Source: an uncultured Poribacteria bacterium
Lineage (GTDB): Bacteria; Poribacteria; WGA-4E; WGA-3G
DNA length: 64,000 bases
Assembly: GCA_951812525.1 (NCBI GenBank)
Contig: OX638316.1
Span: 4,904,608-4,968,607 of the forward strand
Direction of reading: 5' to 3'
Below, one piece after another: positions 9,514-19,480 of the stretch. How positions within the stretch are numbered: position 1 is the first letter of the stretch; every line of letters starts with the position of its first letter. The notes beneath the pieces were generated by a model. The model was not told the DNA's origin. It saw nothing but the letters and a program-made list of their open reading frames with translations, and made no database searches. The position numbers and the translations under genes were made by a program.

Positions 9514-10680
9514 TTATGCCATCACACTTTCTATCCACGCCTCGTCAATTTCGAGACCGAAACCTGGGGCATCTGAAGGCGCAACATAGCCATCTTTGAT
9601 GACGGAAGTTCCGGGTAACTTGACCATCTCTTCAAGAGGCACACCGGGGGCAGAAACGCCTTCAGAACGTTCACCCCACGTGATGGCAGGCATAGCAAAT
9701 GCGAGATGTTGACCGTACGGATAATTCATTCCTGCGTGCGTAATCACGGAGATACCGTTTGCCTCCGCGATGTGGCAAATTTTGGCAGCAGCGGTAATCC
9801 CACCACACCACAAGACATCAGGCTGGAAGATGTCAACCAATCGTCGTCCTGCAGCTGCTGCAAAAACGGTTGGTAGATACCAGTGTTCACCAGTCGCGAG
9901 CGTTTGCCACGGGAGACGTTGACGCACCGTCTCATAGCCAACAAAATCGTCGGGTGGAATGTAATCTTCCATCCACTTCAAACCGTAAGGTTTCATGGTT
10001 TCGCAGACACGTACGGTATGCTCTATGTCAAACCCCGTCCACGAATCCAACATTAAGTCAACTTTATCGCCAATTGCTTCCCGTGTCGTTGCTACCAATT
10101 CTTCGAGTTTTCGCAAGCCTTCTAACCCGTGTCCTGGACCCCACGGCGTGAAGAGTTTTGTCGCTTTGAATCCGAGTTCCATGTACCATTCCTGATCGAA
10201 ACCGGAGGCGTAACAGAAAATCTTTTCCTTTTGGGGTCCGCCGAGCAATTCGTAAACGGGTCTCTTCAGGATTTTACCTTTGAGGTCCCAGAGTGCACAA
10301 TCAACTGCACTAATGGCGTAACTTGTCAAACCCGTTGCGCCGAAGGCAGCAGACGATCGCACCATCAGATCCCACAATTTTTCAGTCGCCATGCAATTTT
10401 CACCAACGAGGCGTGGGGCAAAATGATCGTTGATGATTCGGGTTACAGGACCACCATAAAGGGAAAGACCGAAGCCCCAAGTGCCGTCTTCTGCTGTTAC
10501 AATGCACGCAGGTCGGCTCCATCCCGAACCGGAGACATGTTCGCCTCTTCTGTCGGCTGCGGCATAACGGGTGACGGGTCGGTTCATCGGAAACGTTCCG
10601 GCTCGACTCGGTGTGCGCGGTGTTGTTGTGGGTTTTGGGTTCAGTTCAATTTCCACGGCGCGAATTTCTTTAATGTTCAT
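9514..10680 (-). CDS. Enolase-superfamily enzyme (mandelate racemase / muconate lactonizing / acid-sugar dehydratase-like)
   Basis: It has an N-terminal capping domain plus a TIM-barrel. The ...AISAVDCALWDLKGK... signature is present. Confidence 0.7.
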   Translation of the reverse strand: MNIKEIRAVEIELNPKPTTTPRTPSRAGTFPMNRPVTRYAAADRRGEHVSGSGWSRPACIVTAEDGTWGFGLSLYGGPVTRIINDHFAPRLVGENCMATEKLWDLMVRSSAAFGATGLTSYAISAVDCALWDLKGKILKRPVYELLGGPQKEKIFCYASGFDQEWYMELGFKATKLFTPWGPGHGLEGLRKLEELVATTREAIGDKVDLMLDSWTGFDIEHTVRVCETMKPYGLKWMEDYIPPDDFVGYETVRQRLPWQTLATGEHWYLPTVFAAAAGRRLVDIFQPDVLWCGGITAAAKICHIAEANGISVITHAGMNYPYGQHLAFAMPAITWGERSEGVSAPGVPLEEMVKLPGTSVIKDGYVAPSDAPGFGLEIDEAWIESVMA

Positions 10681-10848
10681 AGGATCTCCTTGCTACATGG
10701 ATGGGATTTAAACCTAGCAATTCCGTTACTTATGGCAACTTAGGACTTCAAAAGGGTATGATTCTGAAATATCCAAGTTTAATATACACCATCATCGGAG
10801 AAATCGCAACGGAGAAATTTGCGAGCAGGAAGTTTTATTTGTATCATT

Positions 10849-10958
10849 GGTAAAACCTACAAATAAATGGACATCTTTGTAGCATAAACTGTTAGTTTGT
10901 GCCTCTGTGAATGCTCATAGTGGCATTCGCACTCTTTAAGAATGTCCAATTAATTCTA
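10849..10958. repeat. Copy B of the 110-bp inverted-repeat pair (partner at 2035-2146)
   Basis: See copy A. Sequence outside the repeat diverges on both sides. Confidence 0.8.
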
Positions 10959-11032
10959 ATATCTACCAATGATCGACAAATAGATTGGGACAGTGAGACC
11001 TATGGTATTTAGAGTAATCAGGTCAATTAGGA

Positions 11033-11911
11033 TTAATCTACCGAGCTCTTTACCCATCGGTAAGCACGCCCAATTTGAAAAACGAGAAGACCAAACTCAA
11101 TCTTCTCTGTAATCGCAGCATCGTCTGTTTGATAGTACTTCAGAACCGCATCAATAACCCTTTTGGCAACATTACCATCAGGAGGTAAATCTGAGTACAT
11201 CTCTATAGCGAACTCAGATAGATCTACTGCTGGATCGTGCAGCAAGGCATCAGCGAAATCAATAATGGCGAGTTGTGCAAAATCTTCCTGTACAAAAAAC
11301 AGGTGGTTTATTTGGAGATCTGTGTGAACGACAGCCCATCTCTGGTCTAAGCACTCCTGCAGGTTTTCCAGCTTTTCACTCCATCTGTTTGTATAGATTT
11401 CGGCGGTATTTTCTGCAATAAACGCGAGTTTTTGCCTTGTGTCACGAATTGCCACTGCGAAAGGATCGTCAGCGCGCCGGATGTGGTCTAACACCTCATC
11501 TGGAAATTTGTGCCTGTGTAGAAAGGTGAGAGAGGTACCGAGAGATTTGCCAAAGGATTCTAATTCTTTGGCGGTAAATTTCTCCAGTGCTTCTATAGGT
11601 AGTGAAGAACCATTGATTCTTGAAAACATCGCATAGAACCCCTTGTCGTGTGCCATGATCGGTTTAGCCACAGTGAAGGGCATCGATAATGTGTGCAGGT
11701 ATTCTGTGAGTTTAACTTCTTTTAGAAGCCTGGTTCGGTAGGCGTTGCGCGCAATCTTGAGGATAACATCGTCGCGGTAATAGAAGGTAAAACTATCACC
11801 ACCACGGTGACGGTTGGATATAGGTTTTAGGTATTCAACAGATATGCCTGTAGCGAATCTTTTAAGAAAATCGCACACATTCTCTGCTGTAATCTTAGTT
11901 GTTTGATTCAT
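11033..11911 (-). CDS. Phosphotransferase enzyme family protein (APH/choline-kinase-like kinase)
   Basis: It has a Brenner-type HTDLQINHLFF catalytic motif and an IDFADA metal-binding (DFG-like) motif. Confidence 0.65.
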   Translation of the reverse strand: MNQTTKITAENVCDFLKRFATGISVEYLKPISNRHRGGDSFTFYYRDDVILKIARNAYRTRLLKEVKLTEYLHTLSMPFTVAKPIMAHDKGFYAMFSRINGSSLPIEALEKFTAKELESFGKSLGTSLTFLHRHKFPDEVLDHIRRADDPFAVAIRDTRQKLAFIAENTAEIYTNRWSEKLENLQECLDQRWAVVHTDLQINHLFFVQEDFAQLAIIDFADALLHDPAVDLSEFAIEMYSDLPPDGNVAKRVIDAVLKYYQTDDAAITEKIEFGLLVFQIGRAYRWVKSSVD

Positions 11912-12071
11912 CGGAGTATGCGTACATCGAGTAGGTTAAAAACGATCGTTGACATCACGTCTGAATAGCGTTTAACCATTGCGTCCATCAATGAAAAATG
12001 TCTGCTCAAACGTACAGAACATCTTAGATAGCAACTTGCGTTATAAATGGAAAATAACCACGAATATATTG

Positions 12072-12974
12072 TTAGGCATTCGTTAATTCTTTAAGCTCGC
12101 GGTAGGCTTTGAGCAAAGCCTCTTGAACGTTCAGAAACTCAAGATAGCCGGGCGGCAGTGGATACTTTGCAGCGTCAAATGGCTCGAACGGGTTGTCAAT
12201 TTTCCGTCTTGCAAAGGCGTATAGTGCTTTTTGTTGTGTTGTTGCTTCAGCTGCCTGTTCAAATGGAACGCCACAATCATTTCGCCATAATTGAGATTCA
12301 ACCACATCTACCATCGCCTGAATTGGTGAGACCTGATTTCCAAATTTTGCGTTCAGGAAGTCAGCGAGTTTCTCAGCTTGCACACGTGGATTACGGATAA
12401 TATCTTCGTAACTAAGAAAGATTCGGTGTTGTGCATCTTCTGTGTGCTGCAGGATCAACGTCATCATGTGTTGCCAACGTAGCAAATTCATCGCAACAAA
12501 AGAAATAGTGCCTTTCACGTTGGATGGCATAATGAACTTCTGCCATGAGACTGCTGTGTCGAGTGGATTGCGAACCGTGATTATGTAAATCGCATTTCCC
12601 CATACCTGATTCCAAAACGGCAAAAAATGGCTGAGGGCAGGATCTTTCCAAAACCAAGGACCGCCTTTGTGCATTTCAGCCATCAGTTCAGTGGCTTTCT
12701 TTCTATACACAGGATCAGCAGCTTTTTCCTTCATTCGCCGTTGGAAGTCAGAATCCCACCAAGTCGAGCCAGCATCAAAATCTCCTAACTCGGCAAGTAA
12801 ATCCCATAAAGGTAGAAATTCCCAATATCCTCTGGGGGCATGTGCATCAGCCTTGTGTAACTTTTCGGAAGGACCCGCATAGGCACCCCATTTGTGTAAC
12901 ATCTCGGCAACGACTGATGTCCCACTACGTTCTACACCAAGTACGATAATAGGATGACTTTCGGAGTCAATCAT
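12072..12974 (-). CDS. Sulfotransferase family protein
   Basis: The 5'-PSB PAPS-binding loop reads VLGVERSGTSVV. It is 300 aa. Confidence 0.65.
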   Translation of the reverse strand: MIDSESHPIIVLGVERSGTSVVAEMLHKWGAYAGPSEKLHKADAHAPRGYWEFLPLWDLLAELGDFDAGSTWWDSDFQRRMKEKAADPVYRKKATELMAEMHKGGPWFWKDPALSHFLPFWNQVWGNAIYIITVRNPLDTAVSWQKFIMPSNVKGTISFVAMNLLRWQHMMTLILQHTEDAQHRIFLSYEDIIRNPRVQAEKLADFLNAKFGNQVSPIQAMVDVVESQLWRNDCGVPFEQAAEATTQQKALYAFARRKIDNPFEPFDAAKYPLPPGYLEFLNVQEALLKAYRELKELTNA

Positions 12975-13178
12975 TTAAAGGTCCCAAGCGTTCATTTTAT
13001 GACTGGCATTATTAATGTCAATGCCAACCAGTCTACCATTGGCATCATAATCAAGCAGAACACCTTCCGATATTTCCTTGCTCCCTACGCTGGGTTGTTC
13101 AGACAAGTTAATATATAGCGAGTCAGTTTCTGGGTAATAGTTGAGTTTCATAGTATGAATTCGCAAAGCGAACTGCAC
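12975..13178 (-). CDS. DUF2283-like small protein, contiguous with the sulfotransferase gene
   Basis: The 67-aa product MKLNYYPETDSLYINLSE...LVGIDI matches the DUF2283 pattern. Confidence 0.45.
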   Translation of the reverse strand: MQFALRIHTMKLNYYPETDSLYINLSEQPSVGSKEISEGVLLDYDANGRLVGIDINNASHKMNAWDL

Positions 13179-13248
13179 AATTTTTCTTGCCCAAAACCAC
13201 CTTCTACTATATCATAAGGACTTACAAAGATGTGTTTTATTTTTCAAA

Positions 13249-14889
13249 TTGTGCTTATTAAAGTATAGCATCTTTCGCCCTTTTTCTGTAGTAAAAATTG
13301 TGCCTGTTGGACTTGCAAACCACACCCAAATTGAGGAAAATAACGTGAATTCATACACCGTTCACACACTTAACGCCAGTACTGAATTGTTTATTGATGA
13401 TGCACTGATTGCTTCTAAAAGCGGTGTAACGCGCACACTGCATCAATGTGTAAAACATGACACCTCTGTCCTTAAACCTGACCCTGATAACCCCTGGGAA
13501 CACGGAGGTCCCGATCAGTCGAGACGTGTCCATCTCTACGGCACTACGATGTATGACGCGGCGTACGGAAAGTATCGCATGTGGTATATGTGTCGTATGG
13601 GACCACACTGGCGGTTTAAAGCGAACGAGATTCCAGGGCTTTACGTTCCACGTCCAGACCGTAATCCGTCAACATACAGAGGACAAACACACGACGCATA
13701 CGGGCGGAAGTTCGTCGAGAACGATCGCGGTGACCTCACTTGCTATGCTGAGAGTGACGACGGATTGACATGGACGAAACCGAACCTAGGACTCTTTGAA
13801 TTCAACGGAAACCCGAACAATAACATCGTATGGGATCTACACGGTGCGTGTGTATTCCGTGATGACGACGAATCGGATCCACAGAAACGGTATAAGATAA
13901 TCGGTTTTTGCAGACGGTATCGCAACATCTTCCTTCTCACGTCGCCGGACGGTATCCGATGGGACGATTCAGATTATCTGGAACCGGTTGCAGATCGGGA
14001 CAACGAAGGCGCATTCAACGTCATCTGGGATAAAAAAACAGAGATGTTTCGAGCCTACGCACTCATCCGTGGGGACGACAAAGACGCACGACGCATGATC
14101 GCATATACCGAAAGTCCACGTCTGGAGGGACCGTGGGAACCGCTTGTACCGATGTTTGGAGCGACTGAACGGGACGACGAAGTTGCTGTACAGAGATATG
14201 GTGCTGATCGTGCCGAGATTCACAACATGTCAGGTTTCCTTTATGATAATATTTACATCGGTCTCGCTGGGGTGTTGTATGTGACGGGACCGGGTGCAGC
14301 GGAACATGAGATTCCCATTGACGGACCGATTGATGCACAATTGATTTGTAGTCGAGACGGATTTAATTGGGATTATTACACTGACTCGGATCGGACACCG
14401 ATTATTCCACGCGGCGAAAGTGGCGCATTCGACATGGGTATGATTATGGGAACTGCTATAGAGCCAATTATCACTGACGATGAAATCCACTGGTACTACA
14501 CAGGAACGGTTCATACCCACGGTGCCCAGATGAAGGATAGGCACAAGGAGATTGGGCTTGCGAAGTGGCGGTTAGACGGCTTCGTCTCACTTGATGCCGA
14601 TGCGGCGGGTGGCGTCGTTGAAACCGTGCCGTTGCAGATCCCGGATGGTGGACTTGAGATTAATGCGGATGCAAGTGGTGGTCAAGTCAGCGTCGAGGTG
14701 TTGACGGCAGATGGACAGGTTCAACACGGATTTTCGGCTGATGATTGTGTGCCATTGACGGGTGATAATGTCAGGCATTCGGTGCAATGGAAGTCGGCTA
14801 CGTTAGCGAATGCCGAACAACCGCTACGGCTTCGATTTGTCTTGAACGGCACTAAACTTTATGCTTTCCGAGTAGGTATGGATGTCTGA
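13249..14889 (+). CDS. Hypothetical protein, probably a beta-propeller glycoside hydrolase (GH32/43/130-like). The start is uncertain; GTG 13345 with a GAGGA RBS is an alternative.
   Basis: It contains W-Y/D-rich blades (YRMWY, GLTWTKP, DGIRWDD, DGFNWDY) and a C-terminal beta-sandwich. Confidence 0.4.
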   Translation: MCLLKYSIFRPFSVVKIVPVGLANHTQIEENNVNSYTVHTLNASTELFIDDALIASKSGVTRTLHQCVKHDTSVLKPDPDNPWEHGGPDQSRRVHLYGTTMYDAAYGKYRMWYMCRMGPHWRFKANEIPGLYVPRPDRNPSTYRGQTHDAYGRKFVENDRGDLTCYAESDDGLTWTKPNLGLFEFNGNPNNNIVWDLHGACVFRDDDESDPQKRYKIIGFCRRYRNIFLLTSPDGIRWDDSDYLEPVADRDNEGAFNVIWDKKTEMFRAYALIRGDDKDARRMIAYTESPRLEGPWEPLVPMFGATERDDEVAVQRYGADRAEIHNMSGFLYDNIYIGLAGVLYVTGPGAAEHEIPIDGPIDAQLICSRDGFNWDYYTDSDRTPIIPRGESGAFDMGMIMGTAIEPIITDDEIHWYYTGTVHTHGAQMKDRHKEIGLAKWRLDGFVSLDADAAGGVVETVPLQIPDGGLEINADASGGQVSVEVLTADGQVQHGFSADDCVPLTGDNVRHSVQWKSATLANAEQPLRLRFVLNGTKLYAFRVGMDV

Positions 14890-14924
14890 TTGCGGACTGT
14901 GTGATTAGATACGATTTTCTGTAT

Positions 14925-16613
14925 CTATTTTCCGACATTCAGGTCTAGTTCCTTAGCCCTTTTAAGATCCGCCCTCGCTTCTTCGTTTCGTCCAAGTGCT
15001 TCTTTTGCAAGACCGCGCTCGTAGTAGTTTTCGGCAGATTCAGGGTCTATCTCGATAGCCCTATCAAAATCGGGTATCGCTTCTTCAAAGTCGCCAAGCG
15101 CAGCCTTTGCGGCACCGCGCGTATGATAGGCGATGGAAAGATCTGCGTCGAGTTTAATAGCAGTATCACTGTCGATTATTGCGTTTTCGTAGAGTTCTTT
15201 GGCTTCTGCTATGTTTCCTACAGCGGCTTCAGACTTCCCAAGCAGATATTGCGTCCATCCCCGATTGTGGTAAGCGAGAGTGTGTTCAGAATTCAGTATA
15301 ATGGCTTGCGTGCTATCTTCAATAGCATCCTGATAGTGCTGTTGTGCATCGGATATATTCCCTTGTTTTGCTTTAAGTTCACCGAGATTCGCCTTTGCAG
15401 CCCCAAGGTTAATGTAGCGTTCAGCATTTTCTGAATCGAGTTGGAGCATTTGCGTCCAATCCGAAATAGCACCCTGATAGTGCTGCTGTGCTGCCGTTAT
15501 ATTCCCCTGATTCACTCTAAATTCACCAAGGCGGAACCGACTCAACGCGCGATTGTGATAGGAATCAGGATCTTCTGGGTCGAGTTTAATGACTTGCGTA
15601 CAATCTTCTATTGTCGCTTCAAATAAATCCTGTGCCTTCTCCACGTTTCCTTTTTCAAATTCAGAGTCTCCAAGCTTAGCTTTTGCAAACCCACGATTGT
15701 AGTACACCCAAGCAGAACCTGAGTTTAACTTAATGCATTGTGTATAATCCTCTATTGCCCCTTCATAGTCATCAAGGGTCAATTTCATAGTTGCTCGCTT
15801 CCTGTAGGCATCAGCATACTCAGGGTTTAATTCGATAGCTTTGTCATAGGCATCAATAGCCTCTTCATACTGTCCTTCTCTCCAATTTTGATCGCCCAAC
15901 TCGCAGCTGACAAAGGCACGTATTCGTGTCTTTTTTTGCCACTGTGCCAAAGGAACCGTTAGCCTCGGTCGAGAGAGCAGTCTCTTGAGCGTGTTCGAAG
16001 GGATAGCATAACTGTAAGTACTATCTCTGTCGGCTAAGATCCCGACAACTTGTGCCTCGCTGTTTAGTACAGGACTGCCACTGTTACCGCTAGCAGGATT
16101 GACTGCCGTTCGGATCCACTTATCGCTGTCCCGAATGCTATGTATAACCCCTTCCATGATTTTTTTATGTCCAAGTCGGGTGTATCCAACGACAGAAACA
16201 GATTCGCTATTCTTGACAGCATCGCTGTTACCAATCGGAAATGGCATCCCTTCACCCGATATTTTTAGGATGACGAGATCATTTTTCACGTCATACGCCG
16301 TGACACCTCGGATAGACCAGGTTATACGGTGTCCTCTTACGTGTGCGGAAATAGGGTCAGCAGTAGCAATAAGGTGAATGTTCGTGGCTATCTTGTCAGG
16401 TGCCACGAAGAAACCGTTGCCCACAACTCTATTTCCCGGCGGACTCACGATGCGGACGATAGAGATGCGTACATTTTCAGGTGTTAAAGGCACTAATTTT
16501 TTTTCTTCAATCTCTTGGGGAACACGGGCACAGGAGAAAAGAATCACAAAAACCAATGAGCCGAATAAAAATCTTTTGTTTGTTTTCATGACTGGTAGGT
16601 AGTGGTTGTCCAT
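14925..16613 (-). CDS. Trypsin-like serine protease domain fused to about 9 TPR repeats, with a lipoprotein-type signal peptide
   Basis: It has an S1 domain with GNSGSPVL. The TPR units recur in tandem and show as ~102-bp DNA periodicity at 15120-15640. Confidence 0.75.
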   Translation of the reverse strand: MDNHYLPVMKTNKRFLFGSLVFVILFSCARVPQEIEEKKLVPLTPENVRISIVRIVSPPGNRVVGNGFFVAPDKIATNIHLIATADPISAHVRGHRITWSIRGVTAYDVKNDLVILKISGEGMPFPIGNSDAVKNSESVSVVGYTRLGHKKIMEGVIHSIRDSDKWIRTAVNPASGNSGSPVLNSEAQVVGILADRDSTYSYAIPSNTLKRLLSRPRLTVPLAQWQKKTRIRAFVSCELGDQNWREGQYEEAIDAYDKAIELNPEYADAYRKRATMKLTLDDYEGAIEDYTQCIKLNSGSAWVYYNRGFAKAKLGDSEFEKGNVEKAQDLFEATIEDCTQVIKLDPEDPDSYHNRALSRFRLGEFRVNQGNITAAQQHYQGAISDWTQMLQLDSENAERYINLGAAKANLGELKAKQGNISDAQQHYQDAIEDSTQAIILNSEHTLAYHNRGWTQYLLGKSEAAVGNIAEAKELYENAIIDSDTAIKLDADLSIAYHTRGAAKAALGDFEEAIPDFDRAIEIDPESAENYYERGLAKEALGRNEEARADLKRAKELDLNVGK

Positions 16614-17033
16614 TTATATCTTTAGTGTGAACCACTCTACTTTTCTTGAAAAAAATGTGAATTTTTCTGAAAACTGAAGGTTAAATGTTCTTAGAACCAT
16701 AAAATGATTTGACATCTATTCACAGCGTGTGTTATACTACTTAACATACATAAATTTCAAGCAGGATTATCGAATGTTTTATCTGTCGCTAACCAAATTG
16801 ATGCATGAGAATTACCTTAGCACAGCCACTGGCTTTGGTGCTATGCTGCTCGCTATTCCCATGTATCGACAGGAATGGGCTTATAATTAGCAGATAAAAC
16901 GTTGACCGAGTTACAAATATAACGCCCATCACTGAACGTCATGAAAACGAGATTTCGGTGGGGGTGTTTCTTTTTTAAGACGACAACAAATAATCACATT
17001 TGCAGGCAAGAAACCCTTAAATGAGGAGAAGAG

Positions 17034-19187
17034 ATGCGTTACAGAATCGTTCTTATTGTATTCCTAGCGATCGCTGTGATCAATTTAAATGCCGAAGCCA
17101 GCAAAGAAATCAGACCGTTGTTGACGCAAGAGACAATCGAGATTGATGGACATCTCAATGAGGAAGCCTGGGTAGAGGCACAAGTTATTGACGATTTTAT
17201 TCAACAAAGCCCGGATGAAGGGCAACCGACTACCGAACGTACAGAAGTGCGTATGGTGTATGACGCAGAGAACCTGTACATTGGGTTTGAGTGCTCCGAC
17301 TCCGAACCCGAGAAAGTTGTTGCAAACGAGATGCGGCGTGATGGGCAGCTTTGGCAAAATGATAATGTTTACGTGATGCTCGACACTTACGGAGATAAAC
17401 GACAGTGCTTCTTTTTTCGTACGAACGCCCTAGGTGCTCTATCAGATACTGCGGTCACTGACGGCGGTGAAAACCTTAACGGGAGTTGGGACTGTATCTG
17501 GGAGGCTGCAGGACGACGACACGATAAAGGCTGGACGGTCGAAATCGCAATCCCCTTTAATCAACTGCGTTTCAAAAAGAGCGATTCGATGGTATGGGGT
17601 GTGAATTTCGGGCGAAATATAGCACGGAAGAATGAAACAACACAATGGATTCAAGTGCCGCGAAGTGAGAGTTGGCCCGGTACTTATCACCCGACGTATC
17701 AAGGTAAACTGACTGGGCTACAAGGTATTGCATCGCCATCCTATTTTGATGTCAAACCCTACCTACTCGGCGGTCTGGCGAGGAATCTCAACGACGCAGA
17801 TTGGGAACGCACTACCGAAGGTGACGCTGGACTCGACATGAAATACGGCGTAACATCGAATCTGACTTTAGATTTGACGCTGAATACCGATTTCGCACAG
17901 GTAGAGGCAGATCAGGAGGAGGTGAATCTCACACGTTTCAGTCTTTTCTTCCCAGAGCGACGCGAATTCTTCCTTGAAGGCAGTGGTCTGTTTACCTTTG
18001 GTGCAGGCATTGGCGAATTCGGTCCGCCGCCGCTGTCCGTTTTTTATAGTCGCCGCATCGGTATCGAAGACGATAAACAGGTTCGGCTGCTTGGCGGTGG
18101 TAAACTGACAGGGAAGGTTGGACCTTACAGTGTGGGCGCGCTCAACATGACAACCGCAGCCTCATCGGAAACGCCCTTGAGGAATTTCTCTGTCCTGAGA
18201 ATGCAACGCGATATTCTCAGTGATTCAAGCGTCGGTTTCATTCTCACAAACCGACAAAGCGATGCCAATGGCGATTACCATCGCAACGGCGGGGTAGATC
18301 TGTTTTTTAGACCTCACGATCAATGGCGGATGCGTGCAATGACCGTTGGGAGTTGGTCGCCGTATCCTGATGAAAACGATTTCGCCTGGTATCTCTCAAA
18401 TGATTGGCGCAACGACCACTTTCACATCAATGCATCTTACCTCGACATCGGTCCCGAATTCACGAGTAAGATGGGATTCATGCACCGTACGGACATCCGT
18501 TCGTTGATGTTGAACGCCGATTATGAAGTCCAAATTAGGCGGTATGGGGTACGAAACGCCGGTGCAATGTTCACCAGTAATTACCTACTCGACCACGATA
18601 ACAACCTCATCGGTTGGGATGTAGGAACTGGCGTCGATATACTTTCGGAATCCGACGACGGTTTCAATCTCGATTTTCGCCGGTTCTATGACCGCGTTGA
18701 GGAACCTTTCAGCATCAGTGATGCTGAGATTCCTGCTGGCGATTACCAGATGAACCAGGTCTCCCTAACCGTTTTCACAGAAACCAGTCGTCCATTTGCC
18801 GTATTTGGTGGCGTGGACGTTGGAGATTACTTTCACGGCAACCGCCTAAGCATCGACATTGACGGTCAGTGGCGGATGACCTATCAGCTTGCTATCGAGA
18901 CGCGATACCAACGTAACTGGATCAAGATGCCTGAAATCGACCTTTTCACGACAAACGTCGTCGGCACACGTATTAGTTATGCGTTGAACACCCGTTTCTT
19001 TACCAAATTGTACGCACAATGGAACGATACAGCAGAACGCCTAAGCGCGAATTTTTTGCTCAATTACATCTATCGTCCGGGCAGTGATTTCTACCTCGTG
19101 TACGACCAAGGATGGGATACATCGGACGACTTGAACAGGGCTGAATGGACGGTTCTGAGCAAATTTACCTATTTATTTACCTTATAG
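17034..19187 (+). CDS. DUF5916 / CBM9-like carbohydrate-binding domain protein with a C-terminal beta-barrel-like region. It is secreted.
   Basis: It has a signal peptide, and the N-terminal sequence IDGHLNEEAWVEAQVIDDF...YIGFECSD is typical of this family. Confidence 0.6.
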   Translation: MRYRIVLIVFLAIAVINLNAEASKEIRPLLTQETIEIDGHLNEEAWVEAQVIDDFIQQSPDEGQPTTERTEVRMVYDAENLYIGFECSDSEPEKVVANEMRRDGQLWQNDNVYVMLDTYGDKRQCFFFRTNALGALSDTAVTDGGENLNGSWDCIWEAAGRRHDKGWTVEIAIPFNQLRFKKSDSMVWGVNFGRNIARKNETTQWIQVPRSESWPGTYHPTYQGKLTGLQGIASPSYFDVKPYLLGGLARNLNDADWERTTEGDAGLDMKYGVTSNLTLDLTLNTDFAQVEADQEEVNLTRFSLFFPERREFFLEGSGLFTFGAGIGEFGPPPLSVFYSRRIGIEDDKQVRLLGGGKLTGKVGPYSVGALNMTTAASSETPLRNFSVLRMQRDILSDSSVGFILTNRQSDANGDYHRNGGVDLFFRPHDQWRMRAMTVGSWSPYPDENDFAWYLSNDWRNDHFHINASYLDIGPEFTSKMGFMHRTDIRSLMLNADYEVQIRRYGVRNAGAMFTSNYLLDHDNNLIGWDVGTGVDILSESDDGFNLDFRRFYDRVEEPFSISDAEIPAGDYQMNQVSLTVFTETSRPFAVFGGVDVGDYFHGNRLSIDIDGQWRMTYQLAIETRYQRNWIKMPEIDLFTTNVVGTRISYALNTRFFTKLYAQWNDTAERLSANFLLNYIYRPGSDFYLVYDQGWDTSDDLNRAEWTVLSKFTYLFTL

Positions 19188-19249
19188 GGTTTGTAGGTAT
19201 GAACGCGTATGGGTATTTATGGTGAATTGTGAAAATACATTTACATTTC

Positions 19250-19345
19250 AGATGCTCTTCTGTAGGACGGATTTCCGAATCCCGACGTATGCTCGCTCTC
19301 CTGTAGGACGGATTTCCGAATCCCGACGTATGCTCGCTCTTCTGT
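19250..19345 (+). repeat. Tandem repeat, about 2.3 copies of a 41-bp unit GCTCGCTCTYCTGTAGGACGGATTTCCGAATCCCGACGTAT
   Basis: It can be read directly. Related copies occur at 37905-37950 on the minus strand and at 43738-43760. Confidence 0.8.
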
Positions 19346-19480
19346 TGGTGGTTGTCAGCGGTTGGCGATTGGCAGTTGGCAATTGGCTGGAAACCGCCTT
19401 GATATTCTCACTTAGATCGTTTACAATGATATAGACTATGACACCCACTTAATTTTAAAGCTTAATGGAGATGCCGAAAT

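Noticed and set aside
10129-10743. 204-aa plus-strand ORF
   Set aside because: It is entirely antisense to the enolase-superfamily gene and Cys/Arg-rich, which is typical of an antisense artefact.
15120-15640. DNA-level repeats of about 102 bp inside 14925-16613
   Set aside because: They are explained by tandem 34-aa TPR units in the encoded protein and are not an independent repeat element.
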